Positions 9,430 through 19,489 of a DNA stretch of 64,000 nucleotides are shown here, in pieces. The DNA is from Gemmatimonadales bacterium (GTDB lineage: Bacteria > Gemmatimonadota > Gemmatimonadetes > Gemmatimonadales > GWC2-71-9). The DNA is taken from positions 1 through 64,000 of the forward strand of contig JBFGJG010000026.1 in assembly GCA_041577295.1 (NCBI GenBank), read 5' to 3'. Within the stretch, counting starts at the first letter, position 1. Each line of letters begins with the position of its first letter. The position numbers were made by a program, and so were the translations under genes. The notes under the pieces are model-generated. The model was not told where the DNA came from, did not search any database, and saw only the letters and a program-made list of their open reading frames with translations.

Positions 9430-11748
9430 TTGGGCGCACGGGCGGACAGTTGGACGGGTGAAAAGGCGGACGGGCGGACGGGCGGACCGGCGGACGGATC
9501 GATAGCAGCAGCTTCGAAGGCTTCCGTCCGATGGTCCGCCCTTGTTCTCCTCGCCACGGTTGTCACGCAACCGCTCACCGCGCAAGCAGGCGAGAACGGG
9601 GGCACGACAGCGAAGCCCGTCGATCCAGAAACGGTTCCCAGACCACACGGTCTGGCTAGGTTAACCACCGAGGTTATTCGTGTTGATGGACGCCTCGACG
9701 AGCGGGCATGGGGCGACGCGGAACCCCTCACTGATTTCGTGCAGTCCCAACCGCATGCCGGTCTGCCGGCCACCGAGCCGACGGTGGCCCGCATCCTGTA
9801 CGACGATAGGGCACTCTATTTCGGCGTACTCTGCTACGACTCGAACCCCACTCGGCTCGTCGTCACGTCACTCGAATACGATTTGCCGGGACAGAGCACC
9901 AGGGACATGGACGTGTTCTCGGTTACGTTGGACACGTTTTTTGATCGACGGAACTCGTTCATCTTCTTGATCAATCCCTACGGTGCGATTCGTGACGGAC
10001 AGACATTCAACGACAGCCGGGAAGTCGATTTCGCGTGGCGCGCCGTGCTGCAATTGAAGACGACCGTCCACGATTCCGGCTGGACCCTCGAGATGGCCAT
10101 ACCCTGGACCACCCTTCGCTTCGACCCCACCCAGGGGGAGCAACGTTGGGGGTTGAACATGTTGCGCCGCGTGCGCCGCAAGAGCGAAGACTCGTACTGG
10201 GCACCCCTCGATCGACGCGATGCCGTCCACAGGATGTCGAAGGCCGGCACCCTGGACGGTTTGCGCGACCTCCGGTCGGGACGGAATCTCCGCATCAAAC
10301 CCTTTGTCTTGGGTCAGGGTCTTTCCGGGCGGGAACTCTTCCAGAGCGACGGTCTCGAGTTTGATGGGGGTCTCGACGTGAAATGGGGGATCACGCCTGG
10401 TCTGACAGTGGACGGCACGTTCCGCACGGACTTCTCACAGGTGGAAGTGGATCAGGAGCAGGTGAACCTCACCAGGTTCCCTCTGTTCTTCCCCGAGCAA
10501 CGCGACTTCTTCGTGGAGAACTCGGGGTCATTTGTACTCGGCGACGTCACGGAGCGGAACTATCGGATGGGGTCGTCGCTCAGGGATTTCACACTGTTTC
10601 ATTCCAGGCGGATCGGACTCTCGATCGATCGCCGACCCATTCCGATCATCGGAGGTGTGCGCCTCACGGGCCGCGAGGGCGGATTCGAGATTGGCGTGCT
10701 CGACATGCAGACCGAATCGTTCGGAGAGCAAGCCTCGGAAAACTTTGGAGTGTTGCGTGTCCGCCGGAACCTCGGTGAGTCGGACGTCGGCGCCATGTTC
10801 ATCAACCGTCAGGCCACCGGGGACCGCGCCGATGGCGAGTTCAATCGGAGCTATGGGTTCGATGCGAACCTCGTCCCCGTCGACGGAATGATCGTGAACT
10901 CCTACCTCGCGCGGAGCGAAGCAAACGGTGTCAGTGGCGACCGCACCGCCGCGCGCGTGTCGCTGGCATGGCGAGATCGGATCTGGGACGCGTCGGCGTT
11001 CGTCAAACACGTCGGTGAAGCGTTCGATCCCGGCGTCGGGTTCGTTCGGCGCACCGGGATCCGCCACGGGTACGCGACGTTTGGCGCGCATCCGCGACCG
11101 CCACTACTCGGCCTGCAAGAGATCAACCCGTACGCCGAGTTTCATTATGTGACGAACCTCGATGCCGATCTGCTCACCAGGCGGGGGATCGTGGGCTTTG
11201 ACGCGATCTTCTTCGAAGGAGCACAGATCGAGCTGCAGTTGCAGAATCGCTTCGAACGCGTAGAGCAACCGTTCACTCCTGGCGGCGATGCGACGGTCGC
11301 GGTGGGAGATTACGACTTCAACGAATGGAGTGCGACGCTCCAGTCCAGCATAGCCCGGCCGTTATCGGCTCGTCTTCGTCTTCTCGGTGGAGGGTATTTT
11401 GGTGGCTCACGGTTTTCCGCGGAGGCGTCTGCTCTCTGGCGCCCGAGCTATCGGCTCTCGCTCGAGGCGGCCGCGAGCAGAGATCACATCGATCTTGCGA
11501 CGGGCACGTTCGAGCCGCTGATTCTCCGCTCACAAATCCGCTTTTCCGGCTCCACGAACTTCTTTGCCAATGTTTCGGTTCAGTACAACAGCGCGGTCGA
11601 GCAGGTGATCACGAATTTGCGGGTCAACTTCATTCACGCGCCACTCAGTGACATATTCTTTGTGTTCACCGAACGCCGTGACGTTGCTCGGGGTATCGTA
11701 CTGGAGCGGGCTGTCACAACCAAGATTACCAGGCTGTTCGCGTTCTAG
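9430..11748 (+). CDS. CBM9-like/DUF5916-type outer-membrane or secreted protein
   Basis: IRVDGRLDE..W, GWTLEMAIPW, DFSQVEVD..QVNLTRFPLFFPEQRDFFVE, LFHSRRIGL; C-terminal Phe; start uncertain. Confidence 0.85.
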   Translation: MGARADSWTGEKADGRTGGPADGSIAAASKASVRWSALVLLATVVTQPLTAQAGENGGTTAKPVDPETVPRPHGLARLTTEVIRVDGRLDERAWGDAEPLTDFVQSQPHAGLPATEPTVARILYDDRALYFGVLCYDSNPTRLVVTSLEYDLPGQSTRDMDVFSVTLDTFFDRRNSFIFLINPYGAIRDGQTFNDSREVDFAWRAVLQLKTTVHDSGWTLEMAIPWTTLRFDPTQGEQRWGLNMLRRVRRKSEDSYWAPLDRRDAVHRMSKAGTLDGLRDLRSGRNLRIKPFVLGQGLSGRELFQSDGLEFDGGLDVKWGITPGLTVDGTFRTDFSQVEVDQEQVNLTRFPLFFPEQRDFFVENSGSFVLGDVTERNYRMGSSLRDFTLFHSRRIGLSIDRRPIPIIGGVRLTGREGGFEIGVLDMQTESFGEQASENFGVLRVRRNLGESDVGAMFINRQATGDRADGEFNRSYGFDANLVPVDGMIVNSYLARSEANGVSGDRTAARVSLAWRDRIWDASAFVKHVGEAFDPGVGFVRRTGIRHGYATFGAHPRPPLLGLQEINPYAEFHYVTNLDADLLTRRGIVGFDAIFFEGAQIELQLQNRFERVEQPFTPGGDATVAVGDYDFNEWSATLQSSIARPLSARLRLLGGGYFGGSRFSAEASALWRPSYRLSLEAAASRDHIDLATGTFEPLILRSQIRFSGSTNFFANVSVQYNSAVEQVITNLRVNFIHAPLSDIFFVFTERRDVARGIVLERAVTTKITRLFAF
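9433..9541. repeat. Eight in-register degenerate 8-mers (consensus GGCGGACG, 9433-9496) plus short complementary arm (9524-9541)
   Basis: ggcgcacg ggcggaca gttggacg ggtgaaaa ggcggacg ggcggacg ggcggacc ggcggacg; downstream ccgtccgatggtccgccc. Confidence 0.85.
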
Positions 11749-11830
11749 AGACGACCTTGCCACCTACGTCTTTGCCTCTGCGGCACCCCTTCCTCGCGAG
11801 GCGGGGGAGCCTGGAGGATCGGGAGATTGT

Positions 11831-12322
11831 ATGATCGCTCGCGCGCTCACGTTCTTGCTGGTGACACCCGTACTCGTCAGCTGCTACACGTACGTGCCCG
11901 CTACGCTCGAGACCGTTCCGGAGGGTTCGAGAGTGCGGGCGTTGATCTCCACCGAGGCGCAGATCGATCTCGAGCGTCGGATTGGGCTGGACGCTCGCGA
12001 GCTGGAAGGCGATCTGGTCGAGCGCTCAACCGATCGCGTACTGCTGGCCGTCAAGGTTCCTCCACCGGCTACCGGTTTGGCAACCACACGAGCCTTGCGC
12101 CAACGAATCGATCTGGCCCCCCGGGACGTGCTCCGGCTCGACGTTCGCAAGACGGACGGGGCTCGGACGGCACTTCTTCTCGGCGGAATCGCTGGCGCTG
12201 CCACCTTAGGGATCGTAGCGGTGCTGGAGGGTGGCAATCCTGGGCAAGGGCCAAACGGCGGCGGGCCGCCCCCAGAGCAGATCGTGCGGTGGGTGGTTGG
12301 GGTGCCCCTGATTCGATTCTAG
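11831..12322 (+). CDS. Hypothetical lipoprotein with C-terminal hydrophobic helix
   Basis: GGGAG RBS, lipobox LVS-C followed by YTYVP, C-terminal hydrophobic segment. Confidence 0.75.
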   Translation: MIARALTFLLVTPVLVSCYTYVPATLETVPEGSRVRALISTEAQIDLERRIGLDARELEGDLVERSTDRVLLAVKVPPPATGLATTRALRQRIDLAPRDVLRLDVRKTDGARTALLLGGIAGAATLGIVAVLEGGNPGQGPNGGGPPPEQIVRWVVGVPLIRF

Positions 12323-12366
12323 AGTCGACGTTTCCCTCGCGGTGCCACACCGGGGGGGACAGGGCG

Positions 12367-13500
12367 CTATTCTCGGGTCCAGATTGCCGTTTGAGGGTGA
12401 AACGCCGCCCAGGCGAACCAATAGGCGACGAAGGACCGGGGTACCGCTTGGAGCCGTGATCCGGCCATTGGGCCGTCGAGCGCGACTCCCTCCAGAACCC
12501 ACGTGCTTCCCGTTTCGACATCGATGAAGCCACTGTCCCCGGGTCGCAGGGTCACGGCTGTGCCATCGGTGGTTACTGGATAGAACGCCGCCACTGCCGC
12601 CGCGTGACCGTTCCAGAGCACGACGACATCCCTTCCTCCCACGGTGACGGCGATTACCAAGCGTTCCCCCGATGTCGCTGCGAGCTCATCCAATGGGAAT
12701 GCGATGCCGCCCGCGTCGTCTTCGAGTCCAAACACGCGCTCTTTGATGGGCCGGCGGCTGTCAACTTCCCGTGACATCGGGAACAGTAGGAACGAGGTCT
12801 GCTCGTAAAACCGGTAGGGGTATCGAGCGTACTCACGGTCGAAACCGGTCTCACTACTGAGCACCAGAGAATTCGGGAATCGAGACTTCCAGTCATCCCA
12901 GCGCTGGTCCACGGCATGCACTTGCTCGAGTTCGATGTGACGGCGTGGACCCGCGACCGCGCTGAGGCAGAGCTGGGGCCAGAGGCTCTCACTCTGCTCG
13001 TCCCACATCACCAGATTGTTCTCGAAGATGAGACCCGAGACGTTGAGGCGACCTGCGTCGCTGGCCGTGACATCGAAGACCAGAGCGCTCCCGGTGAGCG
13101 GGCAGTAGGTCACCGCCAGCCGGCTTCCGTTGAAATCGAGATTCACGACCTCGTGGTGCCACAGGATGTTGTGAGGAACGGCGATCGGGACCCCATCCAC
13201 GACCATCCCTATCACGCGCGCTTCCACGGATCCGTCATCCGTGGCTGCAAACTGCGCGTATTCTTCGATGTACTGAGCTGCGGGATCGCCCAGCGGTACC
13301 AACGGGGGGTTGAGCAGCGATGGAATCCCCCCTCGGCCTGCCCCGCCATCGAATAGTGCCGGATTGTCCAGACTGCACAGCAAACTGAACTCGGGGCCGG
13401 GCCCCGGTTCAGGACCCGGTCCCACGCCGTCCGCCGACCCACAGGATCCCACGAGGACCGCGGCGATGGTCAGCAGCCCCAACCGAGAGCGTGAGTGCAT
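12367..13500 (-). CDS. DUF3179-like lipoprotein
   Basis: Lipobox VGS-C; GIPSL..P, ILWHHEVVN, VTYCPLTGS, SGLIFENNLVMWD..SESLWPQ, YWFAWAAFHP. Confidence 0.85.
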   Translation of the reverse strand: MHSRSRLGLLTIAAVLVGSCGSADGVGPGPEPGPGPEFSLLCSLDNPALFDGGAGRGGIPSLLNPPLVPLGDPAAQYIEEYAQFAATDDGSVEARVIGMVVDGVPIAVPHNILWHHEVVNLDFNGSRLAVTYCPLTGSALVFDVTASDAGRLNVSGLIFENNLVMWDEQSESLWPQLCLSAVAGPRRHIELEQVHAVDQRWDDWKSRFPNSLVLSSETGFDREYARYPYRFYEQTSFLLFPMSREVDSRRPIKERVFGLEDDAGGIAFPLDELAATSGERLVIAVTVGGRDVVVLWNGHAAAVAAFYPVTTDGTAVTLRPGDSGFIDVETGSTWVLEGVALDGPMAGSRLQAVPRSFVAYWFAWAAFHPQTAIWTRE

Positions 13501-13883
13501 CGAGGGTCCCTTTATCCCTTCCATTCCTCTAACAAACCGTGTTTCGCCTTCAGACGTTCCCGGCCCGGCTCACGGAGGCTCCTGACAATGAATTCTTGGC
13601 GCGCGGTCAGAATCGGTCAAACCTGCGAGCCCAAGACCACGTTGGCGGGAAGGAAGGTGTGGCGCCGATGCTTCACCTACGCCATGAGCTTCTCTCTTAA
13701 GAATCGCGAAAGCGACGTCATCGGATGCACTTGTCGTCCATGCGCAACAAGCGAGCATGAGGTTTGCAGTAAAAATGTCGAAATCACTGAACCATTTTCG
13801 TTTTGGCTCGCTCGAATGGTGTGTCCGACGTCCTTCACGTCAACACAGCGAGCGTGTCACCATCTCTCGCCCTCGGAGTGCGC

Positions 13884-16800
13884 ATGTCACGGTGGCTCAC
13901 GATATCTGCCCCGCCACTTGCCTTCGTCATTCTCGTCACGTCGATCACAGCCGGAGTAGGAGAGCTCACGGCGCAGCAAACGCAAGATCCCAATGTGGTA
14001 TTCGATCCGGCGCTGTTTCATGCGTTGGAGTTTCGTAGCGTCGGCCCGAGTCGCGGTGGTCGTGTCACAGCCGTGGCTGGTGTATCGGACGACTTGTTCA
14101 CGTTCTACATGGGATCTACTGGTGGCGGCGTCTGGCGGACAACCAGCGGAGGTGAGCGGTGGGAGAACGTGAGTGACGGATACTTCGAAGTCGGATCAAT
14201 CGGTGCGATCGCCGTGGCAGAGTCAGATCCGAACGTGCTCTACGTTGGCACCGGCTCCGCGTGCATCCGCGGCAACGTGTCGACCGGGATCGGGGTGTAC
14301 AAATCGACCGACGGTGGGACGACGTGGAGTCATGTCGGACTTCCCGACGTTGGTCAGATCGGTGCGATCCAGATTCATCCTCGGAATCCGGATGTGGCCT
14401 ACGTGGCAGCGTTGGGGCGTGCGTTTGGGAAGAACGGTGATCGCGGTCTCTACCGCTCGAAGGACGGTGGGCGGTCGTGGGAGCGGGTGCTGTTTCTCAG
14501 CGATAGCACCGGGGTGGTAGACATCTCCATGGATCCCCGCAACCCCCGCGTCATTTTTGCCGCGGCGTGGCGTGCGGAGCGAAAGCCGTGGACCATGATC
14601 AGCGGCGGCGGCGAATCCGGGTTGTACCGGAGTACCGATGGTGGAGACACGTGGGCGCCGGTGACCTATGGTCTGCCACGGATGGTTGGCCGGATCGGCG
14701 TTGCCGTGTCACCCTCCAACTCCCGCCGTGTCTACGCGATCGTCGAGGCTCCTGGTGATGAGGGCGGGCTCTATCGGTCCGACGATGGGGGCGCCTCGTT
14801 CCGACTCATCAACCCTGACAAAGATTTACAGGCACGTCCGTGGTACTACATGCATGTGCATGTCGACCCCCAGGACGAGAACACGGTGTACGTCAGCAAC
14901 GAAGGCTTCCTCAAGTCAGTGGATGGAGGGCGCACGTTCGAGCGCATCCGCACACCGCACGGTGACCATCATGCATTGTGGATCAACCCGGGGAATCCGC
15001 GTGTCATGATCCAGGGTAACGACGGTGGCGCGACCGTCACATGGGACGGCGGTGGGACCTGGTCGACGCAGAACAACCAGCCCACGGCCGAGTTCTATCA
15101 CGTCGTGGCCGACAATCAGTATCCCTATCGGCTTTACGGAGAGCAGCAGGACAACAGCACCATCTCGATTCCGAGCATCGCCACGCGCGGTATCACGCCG
15201 AGCGAGGAATGGTACGCCGTGGCCGGGTGCGAAACGGGTCCGATTGCCATCGATCCGCGGAATCCGGAAGTGGTGTACGGTGGATGCAAAGGACGGATCA
15301 ATCGGTACGATCACGCGGAGAATCAGTTCCGAGAAGTCTGGGTGTACCCGCAGTTCTGGCATGGGTACGCCAATACGGAGTTGGTCTACCGCTTTCAGTG
15401 GAACACTCCCATCGAGATCTCACCCCACAACCCCGACGTGATCTACCATCCGTCCGAGTTCGTGCACCGGTCCACGAACGGCGGGCAGCGGTGGGAGACG
15501 ATCAGCCCAGATCTGACCCAATTCGACGGCGCCATGCACCTGAGCCCACCCGGCGGTCCGATCACGCACGATCAGACTGGGGTCGAGGTCTACGGGACCA
15601 TCTTTGCGCTCGAGGAGTCCCCGCATGAAGAGGGCGTGATCTGGGTCGGCACGGACGACGGGCTGGTGCACCTCACGACCGACGGTGGTGAAAGCTGGCG
15701 AGACATCACGCCGTCGGGCCTGCCAGTGCATTCGACGATCAACATGATCGAGGTGTCGCCACACGATCCGGGCAAGGCGTACCTCGCGGTACATCGCTAT
15801 CGGGTCAACGACTACCGTCCACTCATCTACCGGACGGACAACTTCGGGCGTAGCTGGCAAATGTTGGCGGACAGCCTCAATGGGATGCGACCAAACGAGT
15901 GGGTGCGTGTGGTTCGCGAGGACCCTGACCGGCCGGGCCTGTTATATGCCGGCACAGAGTTTGGTCTCTACGTGTCGTTCGATGACGGTGGTCACTGGCA
16001 GCCCTTGCAGCTGAACCTACCGAAAACACCGGTCACCGATCTCATGGTGCATCGACAGGATCTCATCGTCGCGACACAGGGGCGCTCGTTCTGGGTGTTG
16101 GATGACCTTACGCCGCTCCATCAGCTGACCCGGCCGGTGGCATCGGCACCACGGCACCTCTTCGCTCCCAAGAACGCCTACCGGTGGCGGATCCGTGGCC
16201 GCGCCATTGGCGATGAGCGCAATGGTGCGAATCCACCGTACGGCGCGATGATCTTCGCCCTCTTCCGTGACGTTCCGCGCGACCCGGTGTCGCTCGAGAT
16301 TGTCGACGAGAACGGGATCGTGGTGCGGCGGTTCTCCACGGAGGAGGAAACCTACGAGAGCGGGAGGCCGGTCGATCAGATTACGGTGAGGCCCGGGATG
16401 AATCGCTTCGTATGGGACCTCGAGTATCCCGCCCCGTATCTCGCGCCGGGGATCGACGAGGGGAGGCAGTCGCCGATACGTGGGTACACCGGTGGCCCGC
16501 TCGCCCCACCGGGGCGCTACATCGCACGACTGCGGGTTGGAAGCTGGAGCCAAGAGCAGGCCTTCGAGGTTCTCAGAGATCCGCGCTCCAAGGCGAATGC
16601 TGGCGATATGCGTGAGCAGTTCAGTTTCATGGTAGCGGTGCGGGATCGAATCACGCAGACCCAACAGGCGGTTTGGACCATTCGTTCCGTCCGGGGCCAG
16701 GTCGAGAACGTCGCGACGCTGATGCGGGTGAGAGGCTCGGAGATCGGCGCAGCTGCCGACGACATCGGTGCCAAGCTCACGGGGATCGAGGGGAGACTTG

Positions 16801-17090
16801 TGCAAACGGCACAGGGTGATTTGGCCCACATCAAACCCATGCTCACTAACCAGTGGGCCTGGCTGTACCAGATGGTGCAGGGGAGCGATCACCGGCCCAC
16901 CAACTCGGCGTATCAACGCTTCAACGATCTCACCGGCGAGCTGGATCTGCTTTTAACGGAACTGCGTAACGTCCTGACGTCCGACGTCGCCGCGTTCAAT
17001 ACGCTGGTGGGCGCCCGCGGCGGTGGTGCGGTCATCGTTCCGCGGACGCAAGAGGTGGTCACGGAGGCGCGACGGCCGGGAGGGCAGTGA
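13884..17090 (+). CDS. VPS10/BNR (Asp-box) repeat secreted glycosyl-hydrolase-like beta-propeller protein
   Basis: Signal peptide; FRSVGPSRGGRV; many S-x-D-G-G-x-T/S-W Asp-box repeats; ETISPDLT. Confidence 0.9.
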   Translation: MSRWLTISAPPLAFVILVTSITAGVGELTAQQTQDPNVVFDPALFHALEFRSVGPSRGGRVTAVAGVSDDLFTFYMGSTGGGVWRTTSGGERWENVSDGYFEVGSIGAIAVAESDPNVLYVGTGSACIRGNVSTGIGVYKSTDGGTTWSHVGLPDVGQIGAIQIHPRNPDVAYVAALGRAFGKNGDRGLYRSKDGGRSWERVLFLSDSTGVVDISMDPRNPRVIFAAAWRAERKPWTMISGGGESGLYRSTDGGDTWAPVTYGLPRMVGRIGVAVSPSNSRRVYAIVEAPGDEGGLYRSDDGGASFRLINPDKDLQARPWYYMHVHVDPQDENTVYVSNEGFLKSVDGGRTFERIRTPHGDHHALWINPGNPRVMIQGNDGGATVTWDGGGTWSTQNNQPTAEFYHVVADNQYPYRLYGEQQDNSTISIPSIATRGITPSEEWYAVAGCETGPIAIDPRNPEVVYGGCKGRINRYDHAENQFREVWVYPQFWHGYANTELVYRFQWNTPIEISPHNPDVIYHPSEFVHRSTNGGQRWETISPDLTQFDGAMHLSPPGGPITHDQTGVEVYGTIFALEESPHEEGVIWVGTDDGLVHLTTDGGESWRDITPSGLPVHSTINMIEVSPHDPGKAYLAVHRYRVNDYRPLIYRTDNFGRSWQMLADSLNGMRPNEWVRVVREDPDRPGLLYAGTEFGLYVSFDDGGHWQPLQLNLPKTPVTDLMVHRQDLIVATQGRSFWVLDDLTPLHQLTRPVASAPRHLFAPKNAYRWRIRGRAIGDERNGANPPYGAMIFALFRDVPRDPVSLEIVDENGIVVRRFSTEEETYESGRPVDQITVRPGMNRFVWDLEYPAPYLAPGIDEGRQSPIRGYTGGPLAPPGRYIARLRVGSWSQEQAFEVLRDPRSKANAGDMREQFSFMVAVRDRITQTQQAVWTIRSVRGQVENVATLMRVRGSEIGAAADDIGAKLTGIEGRLVQTAQGDLAHIKPMLTNQWAWLYQMVQGSDHRPTNSAYQRFNDLTGELDLLLTELRNVLTSDVAAFNTLVGARGGGAVIVPRTQEVVTEARRPGGQ

Positions 17091-17098
17091 CCCGGTCC

Positions 17099-17980
17099 CT
17101 AATTCAGTTCCGCACTGAATCCAAACACAAACTGGGGACCGGCGGGGAAGTTGCGCCCACCGAGCGGCAGGCGAATCCCGGCCTCGGTCCACACCGGACG
17201 CGGGAATTGCAGGGCGCCGCCAAACTGCAATTGCATGATGCGCCGTTTGCTGTTCGTCACGATCCCCTCCACGATCCAGCGTCGACTCCAGAAACCATCG
17301 AAGGTTGCCTTGATCAGGCTGCGTGACGACGGGTTCACGCCCACCTCGGTGAGAAACACGTATTCGCCACCCGGATCCTTCAACTTCTCGTCGTTCGCAA
17401 AGCGGGCACGGTAGCCCAACCACAGCTCCGCGTACGCGGGAAACGGCCAGAAGGAGTGGCCGATTTCACCAAAGGCCTCGAGATCCCACTGTCCGTCGCC
17501 AACTGGGATGATTTGTGCGTCGAGTGGAGAGTTGCCGATGGGGGCTTTCGCGCCAACGCGCACGGCGATAGGGGTGCTGCCCTTGCCGAGCGCGAGCACC
17601 TTCCACCGCACCCAGGCACGCAGATCGCCAAAGCCGGTCGTGCGCAGCGAATCGGCCACATTGTTGAAGCGGAGATCGAAGAACGGGACCTGCACCCAAA
17701 GGTCGACGTCCGGGTGGATGCCGACGATGAGGTCCGTGAAGACCGCCCGCGCATCTGACTCGCCCCCACCGAGCCATGCAACGCGGTTTCCCGCTTCGTC
17801 GAAACGCTCATCGGTTTTCTGAAAGAAGAACGCGCTCTTGACCCACAGACGGCCCGGCTCGCCACGAGTCCACTGCGATGCCGCGGGACGTGCGACGGAG
17901 ACCGACAAAACGAGCACCGTCCAACTCATGAGCCATCGCCAGCGCCCGTCGCGCCCGTACTTGGCGTTCTCGGATATCAC
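17099..17980 (-). CDS. Hypothetical secreted protein, probable small outer-membrane beta-barrel
   Basis: Signal peptide (start may be ATG 17929), amphipathic beta strands, TGFGDL motif. Confidence 0.65.
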   Translation of the reverse strand: MISENAKYGRDGRWRWLMSWTVLVLSVSVARPAASQWTRGEPGRLWVKSAFFFQKTDERFDEAGNRVAWLGGGESDARAVFTDLIVGIHPDVDLWVQVPFFDLRFNNVADSLRTTGFGDLRAWVRWKVLALGKGSTPIAVRVGAKAPIGNSPLDAQIIPVGDGQWDLEAFGEIGHSFWPFPAYAELWLGYRARFANDEKLKDPGGEYVFLTEVGVNPSSRSLIKATFDGFWSRRWIVEGIVTNSKRRIMQLQFGGALQFPRPVWTEAGIRLPLGGRNFPAGPQFVFGFSAELN

Positions 17981-18175
17981 GGACCTTTGGTTCCTGAAAG
18001 CGGGAATCGTGGAAGCCTGATCTTCTGGACCAACGGTTCAGAGGGGATGGCGGTTCCCGTGACGTGCGGGGGTGGGAACAGGCAGGCCCCACAGCACCCT
18101 GCGGGGCCTGCATCGGTGCGCTCACGGGCTGGTGGCCGGAACCGTCGACGTGTCGGCTCGGTCGATCGGCCTCGC

Positions 18176-18784
18176 CTACTTTGCCGCGTCGAGCCGCTTG
18201 GCCACCTCATCCCAGTTGACCACGTTCCACCACGCCGCGATGTAATCCGGTCGCCGATTTTGGTAGTTCAAGTAGTACGCGTGTTCCCACACGTCGAGTC
18301 CGAGGATGGGGGTCTTGCCCTCCATGAACGGGCTGTCCTGGTTGGGGGTGCTCTCCACGGCGAGCTTGCCACCCTGCACGGTAACCCAGGCCCAGCCGCT
18401 CCCGAACCGATTCGCCGCCGTATCCGAGAACACTTGCTTGAACTTGTCGAAATCCCCAAACGTCGAGGCGATCGCGTCACCCAGCTTACCCTTCGGTGTG
18501 CCACCACCCCCCTTTTTCATGATCGTCCAAAAGAGCGAGTGGTTGGCGTGCCCTCCGCCATTGTTGCGTACCGCGGTGCGGATCGCTTCGGGGACTTTGT
18601 CGATCTCGCGAAGCAGTGCTTCGATGGACTTGCGCTGCAGGTCCGTGTGTTTATCGAGCGCCGCGTTCAGCTTATTGACGTAGCCCTGATGGTGTTTCGT
18701 ATAGTGGATTTCCATCGTGCGCGCGTCGATATGCGGCGCGAGCGCGTCGTACCCGTATGGCAGTTTGGGAAGGTCATGCGCCAT
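18176..18784 (-). CDS. sodA: Superoxide dismutase, Mn-type signature
   Basis: [47 protein letters not shown]. Confidence 0.96.
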   Translation of the reverse strand: MAHDLPKLPYGYDALAPHIDARTMEIHYTKHHQGYVNKLNAALDKHTDLQRKSIEALLREIDKVPEAIRTAVRNNGGGHANHSLFWTIMKKGGGGTPKGKLGDAIASTFGDFDKFKQVFSDTAANRFGSGWAWVTVQGGKLAVESTPNQDSPFMEGKTPILGLDVWEHAYYLNYQNRRPDYIAAWWNVVNWDEVAKRLDAAK

Positions 18785-18908
18785 CTGCGTAAACTCCTTT
18801 TGTAAAATGTTGCAGGGACTGACATAATAAGAGCCAGCGAGCACCAGACCACAAGGGTGGTCGGACGGAGTCCTGACGACGAGACGTCACCGAAAGGAGA
18901 CCGATTGG

Positions 18909-19379
18909 ATGGTCGATTCCTCAGTGCCGAGACCGGGCGAGCCCGCACCGGATTTCACCTTACCGTCGACCGCCGGCACCGATGTGACGTTGTCCTCGTT
19001 CCAAGGGCAGTCAAACGTGCTCCTGGCGTTCTTTCCTCTCGCATTCACCAGCGTCTGTACGACGGAGATGTGCGACTTCACAGACGAGCTGGCGGCGTTT
19101 GCGGGGATGAACGCCACGGTGCTGGGGATTAGCGTCGATTCGATCCCCACGCTCAAGGAATTTCAAGCCAAGTACCAGATTGGTATCGATCTGCTCAGTG
19201 ACTTTCGGCGAGAGGTGTCGACGCTATACGGGACGCTGCTGCAGGATCCGTATTTCTCCAACCGCGCGTATTTCGCCATCGACAAACAGGGAATAGTGCG
19301 CTGGTCGCATGTTGAGGAGAATCCCGGTCACAAGCGGGGGAATCGAGAGCTCCTCGATCGACTCGCCACGCTCGCGTAA
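18909..19379 (+). CDS. Peroxiredoxin (AhpE/BCP-like, AhpC/TSA family)
   Basis: [16 protein letters not shown] (PxxxTxxC), LGISVDS, LLSDF. Confidence 0.92.
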   Translation: MVDSSVPRPGEPAPDFTLPSTAGTDVTLSSFQGQSNVLLAFFPLAFTSVCTTEMCDFTDELAAFAGMNATVLGISVDSIPTLKEFQAKYQIGIDLLSDFRREVSTLYGTLLQDPYFSNRAYFAIDKQGIVRWSHVEENPGHKRGNRELLDRLATLA

Positions 19380-19489
19380 GGGTCGGTGGTCCAAACGCAA
19401 CTGATTGATTTGCATCGACTTGGTGTCGATGGCCGATGCCGCTGGAAAGCCGCACCCGCGGCTTGTGAAGAATCCTCTTCGGACCTACG

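Noticed and set aside
9433..9496. CRISPR array interpretation of the tandem repeats (also 35153, 42845)
   Set aside because: Units are 7-9 nt with no unique spacers, and no cas genes are present
12367..13500. Selenoprotein form of DUF3179
   Set aside because: The frame is open with no in-frame TGA; motif reads CPLT
13501..13883. Riboswitch or ncRNA in the ~380-nt divergent spacer
   Set aside because: No conserved riboswitch core recognised by eye; an Rfam/Infernal scan would be needed
1199..17090. Genomic island integrated at tRNA-Ala
   Set aside because: No integrase, no duplicated tRNA 3' end found by eye, no obvious compositional shift
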